A stretch of 38,643 nucleotides of DNA, taken from Toensbergia leucococca (Eukaryota). Numbering within the stretch: the first letter of the stretch is position 1; the number at the start of each line of letters is the position of its first letter. The notes beneath the pieces were generated by a model. The model worked only from the letters and a program-made list of their open reading frames with translations. It did not search any database and was not told where the DNA came from. Below, piece by piece: positions 34,163 to 38,643 of this stretch. Made by a program: the position numbers and the translations under genes. The DNA lies in the NCBI GenBank assembly GCA_022813965.1, contig JALDZS010000032.1, positions 124,001 to 162,643 on the forward strand, written 5' to 3'.

Positions 34163-35497
34163 ATGATGGATCCTACTTCATCTAAAGCCCTTGAATCTGC
34201 TCTCCAGTATCTTCAAAGTCATGAAAGTCCGCATATCCCCAGTCCGCCACAGTGCCAGAAAAGAGCTTCCGTGGCTTTAGTCCTTCGAATCCGACCGAGA
34301 TCCTCTCACAAGGCCACTTATGATCAGAAGAAATGCGGTGCCGCTACCAACTCGTTTCTGGAACGTCTACACAATTTTTTCAGTCAGCCTTGGGTTCAGC
34401 AAGGAGATCCCGAGGTCCTGTTTATCAGGCGGGCTGCAAGGACAGGCGACAGATGGACCAGCCATGTCGCTCTGCCAGGTGGGAAGAGTGAGCCCGACGA
34501 CTCGGATGATCGTGCTACAGCCGCTAGAGAGACTATCGAGGAGACGGGGCTAGACGTTGACACAGACCACTGCTTGTATGTCGGTAATCTGCCGGAGAGA
34601 ATAGTTACTACTGCGTGGGGCGAGGTGCCGTATGTTAATGTGCAACTGGATAAAAATCAGATACTAGACGCTAATCAGCCCAGGCTCATGGTTTTATGCC
34701 CTTTTGTATATTTAATGATGCGTGACGATGTGCCATCTCTGAATTTACAGTCTTCGGAGGTAGACTCCTCGCATTGGGTGCCTATCTCAGTCTTACTATC
34801 GCCAGCTCTAAGGACACACGAGCGTGCTGACGTATCGGATCGCCTGGCTGCACAAGGCGGTCAAAGTACTCGATTCTTTCTACGAGCCACGCTTGGGCAC
34901 ATGTTGTTTGCTGCTGTCGAGCTTTCTCCTTCAGAGAGCGTGTATTGCAATCTATCCAAGGATCCCAATTCTAATAATCAAAGGCCTACACCTACAACAG
35001 GCGTTCCCGGTAAAATTCTAGCCTGGTGGTCAGCCCGATCAGCGAGCGGCGGAACCCGACTGCTCTTATGGGGTCTGACCCTGGGCATCATGACAGATTT
35101 CTTAGAACTACTTCCGCCTCATGACGCACCAAATCTCTGGACTTGGCCTACTTTCTCTCACTGGGACGTCCGCTTTATCCTTTGGCTCATGACATATTCT
35201 TTTCGCATGCGAAAAATGCGACTTGTCGTCTTGGATAACCAAGCTGAATCTTTCAAAGCTGATCCTGGAGATGAAACGAGTCAATCCAGTGAAGTCACTT
35301 GGACTGAGTTTAGCACGCAGCTACGTAAGGGAAGTCCAGCTAGTACCATTGGACAGATGCTCGATGGCTACTATGTCTTCGTGAGGAAAGCGATATTTTT
35401 AGCTCTTTTCCTTCGAATTGGGCTTGGCTCTATGCTTGCTGCTGTTTTGTACCGGACATACCAGCGGCGGCTTTACAATCCTCGCTCCCGCCTTTGA
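34163..35497 (+). CDS. Nudix hydrolase, CoA-pyrophosphatase-like (Pcd1/NUDT7/8-type signature) with C-terminal hydrophobic anchor
   Basis: KRASVALVLR, LFIRRA..DRWTSHVALPGGKSEPDDSDDRATAARETIEETGL (Nudix box) and LLWGLTLGI. A 54-nt intron lies at 34630-34683 (GTATGT..GCTAAT..CAG). Confidence 0.88.
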   Translation: MMDPTSSKALESALQYLQSHESPHIPSPPQCQKRASVALVLRIRPRSSHKATYDQKKCGAATNSFLERLHNFFSQPWVQQGDPEVLFIRRAARTGDRWTSHVALPGGKSEPDDSDDRATAARETIEETGLDVDTDHCLYVGNLPERIVTTAWGEVPYVNVQLDKNQILDANQPRLMVLCPFVYLMMRDDVPSLNLQSSEVDSSHWVPISVLLSPALRTHERADVSDRLAAQGGQSTRFFLRATLGHMLFAAVELSPSESVYCNLSKDPNSNNQRPTPTTGVPGKILAWWSARSASGGTRLLLWGLTLGIMTDFLELLPPHDAPNLWTWPTFSHWDVRFILWLMTYSFRMRKMRLVVLDNQAESFKADPGDETSQSSEVTWTEFSTQLRKGSPASTIGQMLDGYYVFVRKAIFLALFLRIGLGSMLAAVLYRTYQRRLYNPRSRL

Positions 35498-36980
35498 CGA
35501 TTTTTGTTCTCAAATGTCTGTGTTACATGGATGAAGGAAATAGTTTTCCAGGTGCTTCAAAGACCTCTGAAGTCTTTCCTCATTGAGTATTACGTTTCTA
35601 GGTTCAATTCGAGTTCGACTGGGCAAGAAACCATACCAATTAAAGACCACCGCTGTCACCTTGCAATCCGAGAATCCTGCTTACCTCCCAGCTTATCACC
35701 CCGACTCTGCCATATGTATCACAAACCTTGTTCAGTTGCTGCTGGATCGACTTTTCGCCCGGTTATCACGACCATCATGAATTGAGCAAGGCCAAACTCT
35801 TTAAAGTATAAGCAGACCCTCAAATTATCCAAGCGTTGATGCAAAACCACCACACACGGCCACTTCTCATCATAGACTGCTTAGTCTTGACTATAGCGTC
35901 CGCAGCGACCCTGAGGATTGAATAGATAGTCAATGCATCCGAAGTTGGTTTGTTTCAACAAACGCAACTCGTCAACGCGACCATACTTAACATTGATTCA
36001 ATCAATTCTTGCCGCTTCCATCGCGTCCACGGCATCAGATGATAATAAATATTGTGCCATGGCTCAATCAGTAGCCTCTATACATTCGCCCTTGAAAACA
36101 TAGGTCCTATCATAAGAAGATCACTCACTTAGAATGCAGTAATGGTATGCTGAAAATCTAAACTCAATTAGTCTTGTTTTTATGTTTTGCTACTGCATTA
36201 TATGATTATTAACTAAATTAAATAAGATCTGATTACTTAACGCTAGTAGTACGTAATATTACTTCATTTACTGCAAGAATAGTCTTAATAAGAGAATATC
36301 TAATGCAAAGCAAATATGTTACAGTCTTATTATAGGTTTCTTGTCTTTAAGTTTAGATTATTATTAATTTAACTTAAAATCAAAATATCTGTCTTTAATA
36401 CACTTAGAATTATTATAAGTTATTAGCATAACAAGAAAATAAATATTAATCATTAGAAGAATTCTTATAAAATACTAAAATCAGTAAAAGTTTAGTACTT
36501 ACATTTGTTATAGATATTATAGATATTTCTCACATAAGGTATAATAATAGGGAATTACTAATCTTACACCCCTTTTTAATACATTTATACTTCTCTCCCT
36601 TCTCTCAACTAGTGATTAGGCGCAAAATCACTGAGAGAAAATCTATTATTTTATATCACATTCTACCTCAATTTCTTATCACTTTGCAAGTTAATTACTT
36701 GTTTTATTTGCATGCCATCTATTATCTAAAGAATTATCCTGATGTTTTATTATGAATTCATCTAATTCTTTACTCTGAGCGTAATACATCATGAATGATT
36801 CATTTCTTAATCTAATATTTGATTCAGATCTTGATTTATTTCATGATTCATCTCTTACATACATGAATCTTGAGTCTCTCACAGCCTTACTAGAGATAAA
36901 GCATAGATTACGCCTCCCAGAACTTTGCAGTTATTATCACTCAAGTACTCAACGCGCAAAATCAAATCAAAAGCAACAAG

Positions 36981-37378
36981 ATTGTGCGCCTTGACGCGCT
37001 CTTTCTGAATCTTTAAGAATTTTGAAAATTTGTTAAGAAACAACAGAGTTATTGATAAAAACCTGTCACTATAAGGTCAATTTTTGACGCTACTTGTCAA
37101 GTCTACTAGTAGCCACTAGTTAGAACTTATCTTCAACGTTACTTATTTACCAAAAATCCGAGTTTTGAAGTTCCTTGTCAAGACACACTAGTCAGACCTA
37201 TTTCTAACGTTACTCTATCCATCAAATGTCAATTGCAACAACACTCCTTAGTGTAATGACATCTTTGATAATATTTGAAAGAAGCTGAATTGTGTGCCTT
37301 AATAAGGTCTTTCTGAATCTTTAAGAATTTTGAGAATCTGTCTAGGAACAACAGAGTTATTGCCAAAAACGTTGCCAC
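36981..37378 (+). repeat. Imperfect ~90-bp direct repeat pair (36981-37069 and 37289-37378) enclosing a second ~60-bp pair (37093-37158 and 37174-37230)
   Basis: ATTGTG(C/T)GCCTT..TCTTTCTGAATCTTTAAGAATTTTGA(A/G)AAT..AACAACAGAGTTATTG..AAAAAC occurs twice. CTTGTCAAG..CACTAGT.AGA..T..AACGTTACT occurs twice. Confidence 0.85.
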
Positions 37379-37409
37379 CAGGCAAAAATGTGATCACCCT
37401 GACCCTTTA

Positions 37410-37727
37410 CTCCACCAGATCTACTTATACCCTTCAAGCAAGGTAATCATAACACTTGACATCTATCTCTCTGACCTGCCTGTTAATCTAGTAGAGAACT
37501 ATCTGATATAAAAGATTCAGAAAAAACATTCAAAAAACACCCAAATGCCAGCCCTCTGTCTATCTAAAATTTGAGTTCTACCTCCATCAAATTTACTTAT
37601 ACCCTTTGAGCTGAACAACCACAACAGCTGAGACTTATCTCTTTGACTCACTCCTTAATTTTATAAAGAACTTCCTGATATAAAAGATTCAGGAAAATTG
37701 ATCAACAAATACCCATTTACTAGCCCT
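37410..37727 (+). repeat. Imperfect tandem repeat, period 172 bp (37410-37555 and 37582-37727)
   Basis: CTCCA.CA.AT.TACTTATACCCTT..TATCTCT.TGAC..TTAAT..AGAACT..CTGATATAAAAGATTCAG.AAA..ACCCA..AGCCCT is present in both copies. Confidence 0.85.
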
Positions 37728-38406
37728 AGATCTTACTCCCCTCAATAACAAAACTACCCTTATTATACAATAACACAATAACCACCCTTCTATGCAACTA
37801 GAGACTTGACAGGGCTTATTATCTGCCTATCAAGCAGTGATAATTGAACCCTCTGGGTAAATCAATTTACAGGCACAAAAGTGTCAGCCTAGATTCTTAC
37901 CCTACTATACATTAAAACATCTTACCTTACAACAACAACCATCAATTACTAACTCTCCTTTGTCTACCTGCTTTATTATACAAAGTGTACTATCATTGTA
38001 TCTCATCATAATTGGTTGCTTGTAGACCAGAAAAAAGCCCTAGGCTAGAGTTATCTTAATCTTTTGCATAGCATTTTCTTTTCAGAAGATCAGGATCAGG
38101 ATTTTCTATTACTGTTCTCCCCCAGCCAAGTGCCAGCGGAATCAATTAAGCCCTCAGTCTAAAAGACCTGTTAGGGGTAACTCTTGAAGACCTAGAGGTT
38201 GGGGGTGAGTAGACAGCTGAGGAGACATTTATTGTTGTTACTTGATTCTACTGGTAAAAAGCCTAAGATAAAGTTATTAAGGAAATGCTTTGTCTTAGGT
38301 GAATAGGGATATATACTGTAGTTGTAGACTTGAACAGAACATCTAGAACCTCAGGAACATTTAATTCATAGAGGTTTTCAGCTTGAATTAAGTAAATACT
38401 GCTAGC

Positions 38407-38643
38407 ATGCCTCAAGATACTGAACCAGGACTAGGACCAGGACTAGGATCAGACCTCCCTTACTTCATTACCTCCTCTGTCACCTCTCTATCTATTATAT
38501 CAACATCATCATTAGAAGACAGCACAGAGATGCATGATATCTTTAAAACTCCTACTCTTACACCAAAAGCATTACGCAAAAATCTTCTCTTAACAGCAAA
38601 ACTTGCAGACCAACTTCATACAGCAGCAGCAGCTATTGTCACA
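38407..38643 (+). CDS. 5' part of an unidentified ORF truncated by the window end (possibly transposon-encoded)
   Basis: ATG at 38407 is followed by 79 stop-free codons (MPQDTEPGLGPGLGSDLPYFITSSVTSLSIISTSSLEDSTEMHDIFKTPTLTPKALRKNLLLTAKLADQLHTAAAAIVT) despite the AT-rich context. No recognisable domain. Confidence 0.35.
   Translation, partial: MPQDTEPGLGPGLGSDLPYFITSSVTSLSIISTSSLEDSTEMHDIFKTPTLTPKALRKNLLLTAKLADQLHTAAAAIVT

Larger units (their letters stand above)
36100..38643. mobile_element. AT-rich degenerate repeat/transposon-relic region
   Basis: Abrupt GC drop, TpA richness, near absence of CpG, internal direct and inverted repeats, and a segment similar to the 4.2-4.9 kb element. The left boundary is approximate. 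Confidence 0.7.

Noticed and set aside
36791..36994. 67-aa ORF in the AT-rich region
   Set aside because: Low-complexity product inside degenerate repeat DNA, most likely spurious.
36981..37727. CRISPR-like or telomeric interpretation of the repeat array
   Set aside because: The context is eukaryotic, the units are long, imperfect and irregularly spaced, and there are no TTAGGG tracts.
1..38643. tRNA, rRNA or secondary-metabolite cluster
   Set aside because: I saw no tRNA cloverleaf or rRNA-like sequence and no PKS/NRPS/terpene backbone gene. The recognisable genes are housekeeping types.

Overview
Gene-dense DNA from a filamentous ascomycete (Pezizomycotina-type short GT-AG introns with CTRAY branch points). 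I reconstructed 13 protein-coding genes by eye, 12 of them spliced: GIS2/CNBP zinc-knuckle protein, F-box protein, Sae2/CtIP, Ubp3/USP10, Mag2/RNF10, Erg4, dienelactone hydrolase, fructosamine-3-kinase, ARMC8/Vid28-like protein, Pho80/PREG cyclin, an uncharacterised protein carrying a frameshift, an SPX-VTC subunit and a Nudix hydrolase. Non-coding highlights are a 759-bp Mutator-type non-autonomous element (long TIRs, 9-bp TSD) at 4161-4919 and an AT-rich, CpG-depleted repeat block from about 36.1 kb. That block holds a relic related to the element, an array of direct and inverted repeats, and an ORF that runs off the end of the window. The most intriguing observations are the head-to-head Mag2 (ligase) / Ubp3 (deubiquitinase) pair, the long structured first intron of GIS2 with a candidate poison exon, and a Pho80-unknown-VTC-Nudix neighbourhood. 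Exon boundaries were read manually and family calls rest on motif recognition; no database search was run.
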